Origin: Bdellovibrionales bacterium | GTDB taxonomy: Bacteria > Bdellovibrionota > Bdellovibrionia > Bdellovibrionales > UBA1609 | DNA: 64,000 bases | Reading direction: 5' to 3' | Assembly: GCA_016716765.1 (NCBI GenBank) | Contig: JADJVA010000020.1 | Span: forward strand, 926,459 to 990,458 | In this document: positions 46,325 to 56,183 of the stretch, piece after piece | How positions within the stretch are numbered: position 1 is the first letter of the stretch | How the letters are laid out: each line of letters begins with the position of its first letter | Position numbers and translations under genes: made by a program | The notes under the pieces: model-generated | The model's input: the letters and a program-made list of their open reading frames with translations, nothing else | Told to the model about the DNA's origin: nothing | The model's database searches: none

Positions 46325-47008
46325 TCACTTAAATAGGTCTTTTGCCGCACGTTTTGCTTCGGCTACCCAAGCCAGATAGGTTCCGCGGTCGATCGAGCGA
46401 GCGCCCAAAACCTTCATGTGAGGAGTGAGAGTTTGAATATCCATCCACTGCATACCTTGTGCTTTTAATCTCTCAATAAGACTTAATAAACACACTTTTG
46501 ATGCGTTATCCTGACAGTAAAACATACTTTCTGCACTGAATACGCCTCCAACACAAACTCCATACAATCCACCAATCAGGCTTCCTTGATCCCAACATTC
46601 AACACTGTGAGCGAAACCCATCTTGTGAAATTCCAAGTAAGCATTTACCATCTGAGGAGTAATCCAAGTTCCCGTCTGATCGGGACGATAACTATCGGCA
46701 CAAGATTCAATGACTCCTAAAAAATCTTTATTTACCGTCACATTCCAAGAACATCGTCGCAGATATTTGGCAAGCGACCTCGGTATGTGCAATTCATCGA
46801 AAACCAAAACTCCCCGCTGAGGTGGACAAAACCAAAGAATCGGGTCGCTCTCGGAGTGCGGCCACGGAAAAATACCGAAACTGTAAGCTTCAAAAAGAAG
46901 GTCAGGAGTTACTTCATCAGTCACGGCCACAACTCCCTCGGCCAGGGCGTGACGAGGATCTAAAAAAAATTCCCGACGCTCTTTATAGAGGTTCAATGCT
47001 TTAAGCAA
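46325..47008 (-). CDS. aat: Leucyl/phenylalanyl-tRNA--protein transferase
   Basis: GIFPWP motif and family-typical length (227 aa). It overlaps the recQ 3' end by 16 nt. Confidence 0.85.
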   Translation of the reverse strand: MLKALNLYKERREFFLDPRHALAEGVVAVTDEVTPDLLFEAYSFGIFPWPHSESDPILWFCPPQRGVLVFDELHIPRSLAKYLRRCSWNVTVNKDFLGVIESCADSYRPDQTGTWITPQMVNAYLEFHKMGFAHSVECWDQGSLIGGLYGVCVGGVFSAESMFYCQDNASKVCLLSLIERLKAQGMQWMDIQTLTPHMKVLGARSIDRGTYLAWVAEAKRAAKDLFK

Positions 47009-48447
47009 TTGTCACACCGGCCACAGGACGATGCCCCCTTCAGTCCAAAATGCCTATAAATGATTGCAAGCCTACATTGGTCGCTTTGACTAAACTGGAC
47101 CATCGACAGCAAAGCTTTTTGCAAAGATCGCAACCGCTTTTCGTGGAGCACTGGATCCATGAGCTCGTCGGGCGGATCCCCAAGAATTTGGTAGGTTCTC
47201 AGATCACGGTTTTCCCACTCCAGCACACCCCACCTTTCAAGTAAATTCAGAGTCGTTTCAACTCGAAAGTCTCGACTGTTATAAAAGTTCATTTGTTGCC
47301 GAAGATATTCGGCTCCCTCTGCCACGACTTCGTTTCGCCTTATTGACAATAAATTCAAAATACTCCGAATAAATCCAGGATCCGGAGTTGTCCATTTGAT
47401 AAAATCAGATTGGATACTAACATCATCCTGATCAAACAAAAGATGCACCCACGATGGCTGACCATCACGACCCGCACGCCCGATTTCCTGATAATAAGAT
47501 TCCAAAGAGCCCGGAAGTTCGCTGTGAACAATAAGCCGAATATCAGCCTTGTCCACCCCTAACCCAAAGGCTGGAGTCGCCAACATCAAGCCATCTTCAG
47601 AGCGGAGAAACATTTCCTGATTATTGCGTCTCACATCATCAGGCAATTGGCCATGATAACGAAAGAAAGAAAACCCCAGTCGCCGCAACTCCTGGGATGT
47701 TTTTTCAAGCGTGGAAACCAAAGAGAAATAAACGACCCCGGGACCTCGTATTTGATGCCTGAGCCCGACAATATTTCTGATTTTCTCATCAAGTCCAACA
47801 ACTCCGTGCACACTGATGTGAAGGTTGTCCCTTTCAATACCTGAGATAAACTCCTGGGCATCCTCCCCGAAACGAAGTTCACGACGAATATCATGGCGAA
47901 TTTCGGGTGTTGCCGTTGCAGTCAATGCCGCTGTGGGAGGAGCTCCTAACTCCATCCTGATATCGCCTAGCCGCGAATAGTCTGGGCGAAAATCACTTCC
48001 CCACTGCGAAATACAATGGGCCTCATCCACAACCAACAGCGATATCCTGTTTTTTTCCAAGGCCTGGCGAAACTCGAGTTTTCGAAATCGCTCTGGAGTT
48101 ACGTAAAGGATCTTAAAACTCCCTTCTGCCAATTGACGGTAGGCTCGTTCTCTCTCCAATTTACCGAGCGAAGAATTAATATAGGCAGCAGCAATGCCGC
48201 GCTTCTTCAGCGCATCAACCTGATCTTTCATGAGAGCAATGAGAGGAGAAAAAACAAGCGTCAGCCCCGGAAGAATCTGACTTGGAAGTTGATAGCAAAG
48301 GGATTTACCAGCCCCGGTCGACATGACAACCAGAGCCGACCCGCCCGAAACTAAAAAATCCACCACTTCAGCCTGGCCTGGCCGGAATTCAGAATGTCCA
48401 AAAAGACGTTCCAGAACCTCAACGTGCGACTCAAGCTTCCTATTCAT
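46993..48447 (-). CDS. recQ: RecQ-family ATP-dependent DNA helicase (short form without HRDC)
   Basis: GAGKSLCYQLP, DEAHCISQWGSDFRPDY, ALTATAT, and the C-terminal zinc motif CGRCDNC. Confidence 0.85.
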   Translation of the reverse strand: MNRKLESHVEVLERLFGHSEFRPGQAEVVDFLVSGGSALVVMSTGAGKSLCYQLPSQILPGLTLVFSPLIALMKDQVDALKKRGIAAAYINSSLGKLERERAYRQLAEGSFKILYVTPERFRKLEFRQALEKNRISLLVVDEAHCISQWGSDFRPDYSRLGDIRMELGAPPTAALTATATPEIRHDIRRELRFGEDAQEFISGIERDNLHISVHGVVGLDEKIRNIVGLRHQIRGPGVVYFSLVSTLEKTSQELRRLGFSFFRYHGQLPDDVRRNNQEMFLRSEDGLMLATPAFGLGVDKADIRLIVHSELPGSLESYYQEIGRAGRDGQPSWVHLLFDQDDVSIQSDFIKWTTPDPGFIRSILNLLSIRRNEVVAEGAEYLRQQMNFYNSRDFRVETTLNLLERWGVLEWENRDLRTYQILGDPPDELMDPVLHEKRLRSLQKALLSMVQFSQSDQCRLAIIYRHFGLKGASSCGRCDNCLKH

Positions 48448-48849
48448 GAAGCCTCATTCTCACACAAATAAAATAAATATTCTCTAATAATATCAAATAC
48501 TTCAATCGACTCATTTTCCATTAACTCAATTTCGGTCACAAGAATAACATGCGAACATCCGACTCGGCTCCATCTTTGAGACGATGTTCCTTCGCGCATA
48601 TATTACGGCATTTTATCATCTCTTTTTGCTCTTTGGTAAACTTCATGCTAACTATCTGCCCCGCTGGATTTTCTAATTAGCTGATCGAATTTGTTAACTA
48701 ATTGACTTTCCGCGATATTGGCAAAACTTTCGATCAATTGAAAGGCGGCAGACGGACTCCCCCTCCATTTTGGTGGGTTGTTTTTTCTTCCGCTGATTTT
48801 TCTCATCTCAGGATCACAAGATGAGGACGTAAAAGAGAGGTTAGGTTTC

Positions 48850-50955
48850 ATGTCTAAATGGGATATTAATAAGGTTCGAAATATCGGGATTTCCGCCCAC
48901 ATTGATTCGGGCAAGACAACCCTAACTGAGCGCATACTCTTTTACACTGGACGGATACATGCCATTCATGACGTTCGTGGAAAAGATGGGGTTGGGGCAA
49001 AAATGGATTCCATGGAACTGGAAAGAGAACGTGGAATTACAATCCAATCAGCTGCCACCAACGTTCATTGGAAAGACATTGAGATCAATATCATCGACAC
49101 CCCCGGCCACGTGGATTTCACAATTGAAGTAGAACGGGCCCTCAGAGTTCTTGATGGAGCTGTGTTGGTTCTCTGTGGAGTTGCCGGTGTTCAATCTCAG
49201 TCACTGACTGTTGATCGTCAAATGCGTCGCTACAACGTTCCACGCGTGGCCTTTATCAACAAACTTGATCGGGCCGGAGCTAATCCCTATCGTGTCACCG
49301 AGATGCTACGCGATAAATTGCGCCATAACGCCGTTATGATGCAAATCCCAATTGGCGCCGAAGACAAGTTTGAAGGAATCATCGACTTGGTCACAATGAA
49401 AGCCTATTACTTTCACGGCGATAATGGAGAAAATATCGAAGAAAAGGACATTCCTGCGGATTTCCTTGATCGAGCCAAACAATTTCGTAAGGAATTGATT
49501 GGAAAGGCAGCTGATTTTGATGATGTCGTGGGAGAGAAGTACTTAATGGAAGAGGAGCCCACAAACGATGAAATCAAGACCGCAATCAGGAAAGGCTGCC
49601 TGAGTCTCGAACTCACTCCTGTTTTTATTGGATCGGCCTACAAAAATAAGGGTGTTCAGAAACTTCTTGATGGAGTCAGTGAGTACCTTCCCAATCCAGC
49701 CGAGGTCATCAATAAGGGTCTTGATCAGGCCAATAATGAGGCAGAGGTTATTCTGTCGTCGACAGGAGACAAGCCCCTTGTCGCTCTTGCCTTTAAACTT
49801 GAAGATGGACGATTTGGTCAGTTGACCTATATGAGACTCTATCAAGGAACAATGAAAAGAGGGGACTTTATTACCAATATGGCCAACGGTAAGAAAGTCA
49901 AAATCCCGCGCCTCGTGCGGATGCATTCAGATGAAATGCAAGAAATCGAAGATGCTTCTGCGGGAGACATCGTGGCTCTGTTTGGTGTTGACTGCTCTTC
50001 GGGGGATACCTTCACCGATGGAACTGTTGAGATCACCATGACCTCAATGTTTGTTCCTGATGCTGTGATTTCTCTGGCCATTTCACCGAAAGACAAAACT
50101 GCGGCGGCAAACTTTTCTAAAGCTCTCAGTAAGTTCCGCAAAGAAGATCCAACCTTCCGCGTTCACCGTGACGAGGAATCCAACGAAACGATCATCAGCG
50201 GAATGGGAGAACTCCATCTTGATGTCTACATTGAGAGGATGAAAAGAGAGTTCAAAGTCGAAACGATTGCGGGAGCCCCCCAAGTAGCCTATCGAGAAAC
50301 AATTGGGATAGAAGCCGGTTATGATTATACCCATAAAAAGCAAACCGGTGGATCTGGTCAGTTTGCTAAAGTTATCGGGAAAATGCGTCCCATTCCTCCC
50401 GAGAACGGCATCAATTACAAATTCAACTGTAATGTTGTGGGCGGTCGCATTCCCAAAGAATTTATTCCAGCCGTTGACAAGGGCTTTCAGGAAGCCGTCA
50501 AAAAGGGAACACTCATTGGATTCCCCATCGTCAACATTGAGTTGGACTTGGATGATGGAGCCTACCATGACGTCGATTCAAGCGAAATGGCCTTCCGCAT
50601 TTGCGCCATTCAGGCCTTTCGTCAAGGTTATGAGAAGGCCAACCCAACTGCCCTCGAGCCTTTGATGAAACTCGAGGTTTCTGCACCAGAAGAATTTCAA
50701 GGCAGCGTGATGGGCCAGGTGAATCAACGAAGGGGAATGATCGGCGGGACCCGCACCGAAGAGGGGTTTGTTACCGTTGAGGCAGAAGTTCCCCTTTCAG
50801 AGATGTTTGGCTATTCGACTGACTTACGTTCGGCGACCCAAGGCAAAGGAGAATTTACAATGGAGTTCTCACGATATGCCGCTTGTCCCCGAAGTATTCA
50901 AGAAGAGCTCGTAAAGAAATATCATGAAAGATTGGCAGCTGAAGCAAAGAAATAG
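48850..50955 (+). CDS. fusA: Translation elongation factor G, not in an rpsL-rpsG-fusA-tuf context
   Basis: [22 protein letters not shown]. 701 aa from the ATG at 48850, which is preceded by AGAGAGG. The 72-nt upstream ORF extension has no support. Confidence 0.9.
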   Translation: MSKWDINKVRNIGISAHIDSGKTTLTERILFYTGRIHAIHDVRGKDGVGAKMDSMELERERGITIQSAATNVHWKDIEINIIDTPGHVDFTIEVERALRVLDGAVLVLCGVAGVQSQSLTVDRQMRRYNVPRVAFINKLDRAGANPYRVTEMLRDKLRHNAVMMQIPIGAEDKFEGIIDLVTMKAYYFHGDNGENIEEKDIPADFLDRAKQFRKELIGKAADFDDVVGEKYLMEEEPTNDEIKTAIRKGCLSLELTPVFIGSAYKNKGVQKLLDGVSEYLPNPAEVINKGLDQANNEAEVILSSTGDKPLVALAFKLEDGRFGQLTYMRLYQGTMKRGDFITNMANGKKVKIPRLVRMHSDEMQEIEDASAGDIVALFGVDCSSGDTFTDGTVEITMTSMFVPDAVISLAISPKDKTAAANFSKALSKFRKEDPTFRVHRDEESNETIISGMGELHLDVYIERMKREFKVETIAGAPQVAYRETIGIEAGYDYTHKKQTGGSGQFAKVIGKMRPIPPENGINYKFNCNVVGGRIPKEFIPAVDKGFQEAVKKGTLIGFPIVNIELDLDDGAYHDVDSSEMAFRICAIQAFRQGYEKANPTALEPLMKLEVSAPEEFQGSVMGQVNQRRGMIGGTRTEEGFVTVEAEVPLSEMFGYSTDLRSATQGKGEFTMEFSRYAACPRSIQEELVKKYHERLAAEAKK

Positions 50956-50986
50956 CCAGACCTAGTTACGTCTTAAAGAGGGAACC

Positions 50987-51541
50987 ATGATCCTCAGCGA
51001 TAAAACGATCGGTGAGATGTTGAGCCGCGGAGAGCTCGGCATTGAGCCTTTGACGAGCCAATCGATTCAACCTGCATCTGTTGACTGCCGCCTCGGCAGT
51101 CATTTCTTGATGCTTGAAGATCGAGGTATGTCTGTTCTGGAGCTCAGTTCTGAAATCAAATATCGGGAATTCAATGGCGAGGCTATTGTGATGCCTCCTC
51201 AATCTTTTTTGCTTGCAACCACCATGGAGTACGTACGATTGCCCAACAACCTCACAGCTTTTGTGGAGGGGCGCAGCTCCATTGGAAGAATGGGGCTCTT
51301 CATTCAAAATGCAGGATGGGTAGATCCTGGCTTTGAAGGACAAATTACTCTTGAACTTTTTAATGCCAACTCACTTCCCATTCGTCTAGAAGCTGGGCGA
51401 AGAATTTGCCAACTGGTTTTTTGCAAGATGGACCAAATGGCTTTAAATCCTTATCGTGGTAAATACCAAGGCCAAATGTTAACCACAGGCAGCCGGGTCT
51501 TCCTTGATTCCGAGGCGAGTCAGATTCCTGACCCGTCTTAA
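50987..51541 (+). CDS. dcd: dCTP deaminase
   Basis: MILSDKTI... and [32 protein letters not shown]. 184 aa. Confidence 0.9.
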   Translation: MILSDKTIGEMLSRGELGIEPLTSQSIQPASVDCRLGSHFLMLEDRGMSVLELSSEIKYREFNGEAIVMPPQSFLLATTMEYVRLPNNLTAFVEGRSSIGRMGLFIQNAGWVDPGFEGQITLELFNANSLPIRLEAGRRICQLVFCKMDQMALNPYRGKYQGQMLTTGSRVFLDSEASQIPDPS

Positions 51542-51769
51542 CTCTTGGGCATAATCCAAATAATCTATTTATTTTAAGTATTTCGATATAATCCCAGATC
51601 TGTTCATTGAGTTTGTTGTGCTTTTTAAAGGAATCTGGCAAGATTCGATATCTGTGGTCGGAACGGTGTTGTTCCTAAAATAAGGATGATTTTTTCTCTC
51701 AATGGATAATGGTCAGTCTAGGAAAATTTTTGCTCAAATATTTGTGGGAGTTTCTGAGGCCCTAAAAGG

Positions 51770-52813
51770 ATGAGCCTCTTAGTCATTTACATATTTTTCT
51801 CCGTGTCGATTTCCTTTGCCTGTTCTCTCATGGAATCGGTTATTTTATCGGTCTCTCCTGCTTATATGATGATTGCGGCAAAGAAGGGCCGTCGCAGTGG
51901 CCAAATTCTCCAGGAACTAAAGTCTCAAATCGACCGACCATTAGCGGCCATTCTCACTGCCAACACCGTTGCAAATACTGTTGGTGCGGCCGCAGTGGGG
52001 GTCGAGATCCATAGTCTTTATGGGAATGAGTTCGTCGCCGTGGGCTCAGTAATCCTGACTTTGGTGATTCTTATTTTTTCGGAGATAATCCCAAAGACAA
52101 TGGGCACTATGTACTGGAAAACCCTTGCGCCCATGTGTAGTTATACCATTCGAGCCCTGATCATTGTCACCTATCCTTTTGTGCTCTTGTCTGAAGGCCT
52201 TCGGGGATTGCTTGGGAGAAGGCCCGCCCATCGCATGACCCGAGAGGAAATGATCATGACGGCAGAAATGGGAGCCAATGAAGGAACTTTGCATCCCAAA
52301 GAAAGCCACGTGATTCGCAACCTTCTCATGCTCGATAAGGTAAAAGTTTCCGACATTATGACCCCTCGATCAGTTATCTTCGCATTTGAGGAAGGAAAGA
52401 CGGTGGGGGAAGTTATGTCAGAACACCTCCCTCTGCGGTTTTCCCGAATTCCGATTTACAACGAAAACCTAGATAACATCATCGGAATGACTCATCGTTA
52501 CAAGCTCATGGAAGCAGCTTCCCATGATCATGACAGCGTAACTATTGAAAAACTCATGAGTCCCATCCACACGATTCCAGAGGGTGTCTCCGTTGCGGCA
52601 GCACTTGATCAATTCATCAAGCGCCGTGAGCACATCTTTCTGGTCGTGGATGACTACGGAACAACGAGCGGACTGGTGAGTCTCGAGGATGCGGTCGAGA
52701 CTCTTCTTGGGGTCGAAATCGTCGATGAATTGGACTCTGTTACCGACATGAGACAATATGCCAGAGAGCTTTGGCGTGACCGCAAGCAACAGAAGGCATG
52801 GCCAGTAAAGTGA
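51770..52813 (+). CDS. CNNM/HlyC-CorC-family membrane protein (DUF21 plus CBS pair)
   Basis: Four N-terminal TMs, then a CBS pair (VSDIMTPRS..., ...IFLVVDDYGTTSGLVSLEDAVETLLG). No C-terminal CorC_HlyC domain is visible. Confidence 0.8.
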   Translation: MSLLVIYIFFSVSISFACSLMESVILSVSPAYMMIAAKKGRRSGQILQELKSQIDRPLAAILTANTVANTVGAAAVGVEIHSLYGNEFVAVGSVILTLVILIFSEIIPKTMGTMYWKTLAPMCSYTIRALIIVTYPFVLLSEGLRGLLGRRPAHRMTREEMIMTAEMGANEGTLHPKESHVIRNLLMLDKVKVSDIMTPRSVIFAFEEGKTVGEVMSEHLPLRFSRIPIYNENLDNIIGMTHRYKLMEAASHDHDSVTIEKLMSPIHTIPEGVSVAAALDQFIKRREHIFLVVDDYGTTSGLVSLEDAVETLLGVEIVDELDSVTDMRQYARELWRDRKQQKAWPVK

Positions 52814-53133
52814 GCCAAACCAGATTGATCTTCGTTTATGTCACCACTCCAAGCGAGCAAATCGCCCTGGAGATTGCGAAAGCAGCTATCAATGAAAAAC
52901 TCGGTGCCTGCGCCAATATTCTTCCGGAGATGAAATCCGTCTATGAATGGCAGGGGAATTTATGCGAAGAATCTGAAACTCTGCTGATCATTAAGACGGA
53001 AGCTTCACGCTATCAGGATCTTGAAAAGAAGGTTTTGGAACTTCATCCCCATGAGTGTCCTTGCATCGTTGCTCTCCCCATACAGGATGGGCACTCCAAA
53101 TTCCTTTCTTGGATTGAAAAACAGACTTCCTAA
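52798..53133 (+). CDS. cutA: Divalent-cation tolerance protein CutA
   Basis: LIFVYVTTPS...LGACANILPEMKSVYEWQG...SETLLIIKT...HPHECPCIVALP. 111 aa. Confidence 0.85.
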   Translation: MASKVSQTRLIFVYVTTPSEQIALEIAKAAINEKLGACANILPEMKSVYEWQGNLCEESETLLIIKTEASRYQDLEKKVLELHPHECPCIVALPIQDGHSKFLSWIEKQTS

Positions 53134-53195
53134 ACCAACCCCATTGCTGATAATCAGTCACTCACTCACTTTTCATTCATTCTCAAGGAGGTCTC

Positions 53196-53741
53196 ATGAC
53201 TCAAATTCCCAAAATGGAACTTGCCGCAGAAATCTACAGAGTAGCTTACCTCACCGGCAACTTTAAATTGCGATCTGGACAGCTTTCAAAAGAGTATTTT
53301 GATAAGTATCGCTTTGAATCTCAACCGCGCCTGCTCAAGGCAATTGCCAGCCACCTTGTCCCTATGATCCCACCCGAGACCGAAGTGCTGGCTGGTTTAG
53401 AGATGGGTGGTATACCTATTGCCACAGCCCTCTCCCTCGAAACGGGCTTGCCCATCGTTTTCGTCCGAAAGGAAGCCAAAGATTATGGGACCTGTCTCTT
53501 TGCCGAAGGCTCCGAGATTAAGGGAAAACATGTTTGTGTCGTAGAGGACGTTGTTACAACAGGTGGACAGATCGTTCTCTCAACTAAGGATTTGCGAGGT
53601 TCCGGAGCAATTATTCACCATGTTATCTGTGTCATTCACCGTGGAACAGGCCAGCAGCCAGAATCCCTAACGGAATCAGGGCTCATCCTCTCTGCGCTCT
53701 TTACGATGAGTGAACTCAAAAATTCCGTAAATATTACTTAA
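53196..53741 (+). CDS. pyrE: Orotate phosphoribosyltransferase
   Basis: PRPP-binding motif VCVVEDVVTTGGQ and N-terminal FKLRSGQLSKEYFD. Confidence 0.9.
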   Translation: MTQIPKMELAAEIYRVAYLTGNFKLRSGQLSKEYFDKYRFESQPRLLKAIASHLVPMIPPETEVLAGLEMGGIPIATALSLETGLPIVFVRKEAKDYGTCLFAEGSEIKGKHVCVVEDVVTTGGQIVLSTKDLRGSGAIIHHVICVIHRGTGQQPESLTESGLILSALFTMSELKNSVNIT

Positions 53742-53805
53742 TCCCTCTTCAAATTCTTGGCACTTGACGCTATTGAAGCTATAACCAAGAAGATTTTTAG
53801 TCCAC

Positions 53806-53882
53806 GCACCCTTAGCTCAATTGGATAGAGTATGTGACTTCGGATCACAGGGTTCCAGGTTCGAGTCCTGGAGGGTGCGCCA
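53806..53882 (+). tRNA. tRNA-Arg (anticodon TCG), CCA encoded
   Basis: Hand-folded: acceptor GCACCCT/AGGGTGC, anticodon arm TGTGA-CTTCGGA-TCACA, T-arm CCAGG-TTCGAGT-CCTGG. Confidence 0.9.
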
Positions 53883-53980
53883 ATTCTCATTTTGAAATTT
53901 TTGTAAAATCCATTAAATTTAAAGACTTAGGCCAATATAGTCTGGGTCATTGCTGAAAACTTGTTTTTCCAAGGTTTTTC

Positions 53981-54180
53981 ATGGATAATAAAGATATGGA
54001 AAAACAGGCAACTCTTTCTACAAGTATTGATTCTGATCTTAAAAAAGCTTTGGCTGCATTTTGTAAAAGCGAGGGCTTAAAATTCAAAGTGTTGTTGAGA
54101 ATGCTATTCGTGAGCAACTCGAAGATGAAATTGATCTTGCTAGCTATGACGAACGAAAGAACGAAGAAGAAATTCTCTGA
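53981..54180 (+). pseudogene. RHH/RelB-type antitoxin gene with an apparent 1-nt frameshift
   Basis: Frame 1 reads MDNKDMEKQATLSTSIDSDLKKALAAFCKSEGLK. From 54082 a different frame reads IQSVVENAIREQLEDEIDLASYDERKNEEEIL and stops at 54178-54180. The junction is an A4 run (54079-54082). As assembled, frame 1 reads through into relE, giving the 165-aa track ORF. Confidence 0.6.
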
Positions 54181-54205
54181 CTGCGGTACTGAAGAAGCTC
54201 AAAAA

Positions 54206-54478
54206 ATGAGTTCTAAGGTTTACGAAGTCGTTTTTAAAAAGAGTGCAGCTAAAGAACTCCAGGGGTTGCCGCAAAAAATCCAGCGGAAGATAATAGATGC
54301 AATTCAGCTTATTTCATTAAATCCATACACAGAACTACTTCAAATAAAAAAGATGAAGGGTGCTGAATCCCTCTATCGAATTCGTATTCAAGATTATCGT
54401 GTCATCTACTTGATTGAAAACAAAATGATTAAAGTCACGATTATCAAAATCGGTCATCGCAAAGAGGTTTATGAGTAG
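54206..54478 (+). CDS. relE: RelE/ParE-family type II toxin
   Basis: MSSKVYEVVFKKSAAKEL...LYRIRIQDYRVIYLIENKMIKVTIIKIGHRKEVYE, the canonical RelE-superfamily pattern. 90 aa from the internal ATG. Confidence 0.75.
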   Translation: MSSKVYEVVFKKSAAKELQGLPQKIQRKIIDAIQLISLNPYTELLQIKKMKGAESLYRIRIQDYRVIYLIENKMIKVTIIKIGHRKEVYE

Positions 54479-54822
54479 ACGACGCGTGTAGATCAAATTT
54501 CAAGAAAAAACAATAGTATCTGCCGCCCTTGTCGCGGATAATTTTTAGCTGAGAATGTCAAGATATATGTTTAGAAGAAACCCTCATTTCGCTGGAATTC
54601 TGTTCGAATCATCGGAAAGTATTCAAACGAGTTTTATGAATTTTGATCTCGATGTCGTTTTTCTTACGAAAACAAACTCCATTAGTAAGACCTTCTAAAC
54701 CCTTATATAAGTCGGCCAGTCAGGAGAAATGGGTGCGATATTTAGAAACCTGCACACGCAGTTCTAAACGACTCAAGCTGGCCGCACCAATTTGTCAATT
54801 TGCAGTCCAAAAACGTTGGGTT

Positions 54823-55050
54823 TTAGACAACTTCAAAGAAATCTATTCCAAACGCCACAAGAGATTCCTCAGGAGACTTTTTAATTTTCTGTGAGACCTC
54901 CTCTATAAATTCTGAAATACGTCTCTGCAGTGATTTGATATCATCTTCGCTCAAAGTTACAACCATTGAAAGGTGCACATCAGTATTACGTGCAAGACGC
55001 ATATTCTGCAGCGTTTGAAGCCGCCAGTTTTTATGAATCCAAGAGAACGC
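54823..55050 (-). pseudogene. C-terminal fragment of a TIGR02147/DUF4423-like gene, abutting the stop of the OMP gene
   Basis: Translation WRLQTLQNMRLARNTDVHLSMVVTLSEDDIKSLQRRISEFIEEVSQKIKKSPEESLVAFGIDFFEVV aligns without gaps to the C-terminus of the 58293-58868 ORF (about 19 identities in 66 by eye). The longest ATG ORF is 59 aa, so it is missing from the track. Confidence 0.55.
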
Positions 55051-55052
55051 GT

Positions 55053-56168
55053 CTAATAGACGTAACTCATGGCCACGCGAGACATGATATTTCCACCAGT
55101 CAGAGTGCCACCGGAAGTTCCAAAACTTCCGTCGAGTTTGAACCCGCTAAAGTGAAGAGTCATACCACAGGCCACCGAAGTGGTGTCGGGATTGGACCTG
55201 TCCACAGACGAGGAACCCGTTACCTTGACTTTGTATTGATTGAGCAGAGTCGCCTGCGTAGCGGAGCCACGTAAACTCAACCATTTCGCGACTTGCCCTT
55301 CCGCCCCTAATCCAAGCTTAAGATCTAAGATGTCCGTGTTCTGGGTCGCTGCCCCTGAACCCATCTCCATATTCATGCTACGGAGTTCAGAGAAATAAAA
55401 GATCATCGACCGCTTGCCAAATTCCTCAACATGAGCCACTCCCGCCATCAAAAGAAGAGATCCAAAATCGGTGCTCGTCGAACTGGCGTCCGGCGTGTAT
55501 TCCGCACCCTTTTTGAACAGACTCCCATAAAAACGATAGTGCTCCCCTTTATAGATGGCATTGAGTTGCAATCCCATTTCACCTTTGTAGTCGTCGCCGT
55601 CGGCCGCTGCTCCATCGGCTTCGTCAAACAGGTGTAAGATTCCAAAGAATTCGAGGTTATCGCCGATATAGGCTCCCGCACGCACTCCGGCGAAGGTCTC
55701 AGAACGATCAATTCCACCGGTAGTTTCATCGACGTTTTTGGAATAATTAAATCCAAACCCAAAACGATTGGCCGCACCAACATTGGTTCCCCAAGTCACA
55801 TCGATGGTATTGTCAGGCTTTAAAAGCGAAGTGCTCAGAATGTTTCGTACAAAAATGGCTTCTTCGTTCTCGTTGCCTAAGTAAATCGCAAAGGGGATGC
55901 TGGCCTTGCCATCCCACCAGCCGCCCTCCCCCTTGGGGGTCGCGACGGTGTCTTCTTTGTTTGCTGTGCCGCTGACACCCCACTCAAAGCTGAGACGCCG
56001 ATCTAGATTATGAATATAAGCGGGATTGAGAAAAATGTTGCGTTCATCCTGAATATAGAATGAACCCGATGAATTTTGTCCTAGAGCTTCCAGCCGCGAC
56101 TTCGTCGCCCAAGCCACTGGCATCGGCAAAAAGGCCCCGCAGATAAAATAACAAATCACTCGCATCAT
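55053..56168 (-). CDS. Outer-membrane beta-barrel protein, paralog A
   Basis: Signal peptide ...LPMPVAWA, then TKSRLEALGQNSSGSFYIQDERNIFLNPAYI. C-terminal ...GGNIMSRVAMSYVY with a terminal aromatic residue. Confidence 0.75.
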   Translation of the reverse strand: MMRVICYFICGAFLPMPVAWATKSRLEALGQNSSGSFYIQDERNIFLNPAYIHNLDRRLSFEWGVSGTANKEDTVATPKGEGGWWDGKASIPFAIYLGNENEEAIFVRNILSTSLLKPDNTIDVTWGTNVGAANRFGFGFNYSKNVDETTGGIDRSETFAGVRAGAYIGDNLEFFGILHLFDEADGAAADGDDYKGEMGLQLNAIYKGEHYRFYGSLFKKGAEYTPDASSTSTDFGSLLLMAGVAHVEEFGKRSMIFYFSELRSMNMEMGSGAATQNTDILDLKLGLGAEGQVAKWLSLRGSATQATLLNQYKVKVTGSSSVDRSNPDTTSVACGMTLHFSGFKLDGSFGTSGGTLTGGNIMSRVAMSYVY

Positions 56169-56183
56169 CTAAAATCCACCCTG

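Noticed and set aside
48648-48935. 95-aa minus-strand ORF, and the 72-nt 5' extension of the EF-G ORF
   Set aside because: The minus ORF overlaps the well-supported fusA start region. The EF-G N-terminus aligns from [13 protein letters not shown], which has an SD upstream. A separate 36-codon minus ORF (48536-48646, MKFTKEQKEMIKCRNICAKEH...) upstream of recQ was noticed but has no support beyond being open.
53742-53805. Interleaved short complementary segments (CTTCAA/TTGAAG and TCTTGG/CCAAGA) after pyrE considered as a terminator
   Set aside because: The stems are only 6 bp with long loops, and the two pairings are mutually exclusive. The short T-run alone is insufficient.
54643-54894. 83-aa plus-strand ORF between relE and the OMP genes
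   Set aside because: It is a basic, low-information sequence with no SD. Its 3' end is antisense to the TIGR02147-like fragment, which has a homolog in the window.
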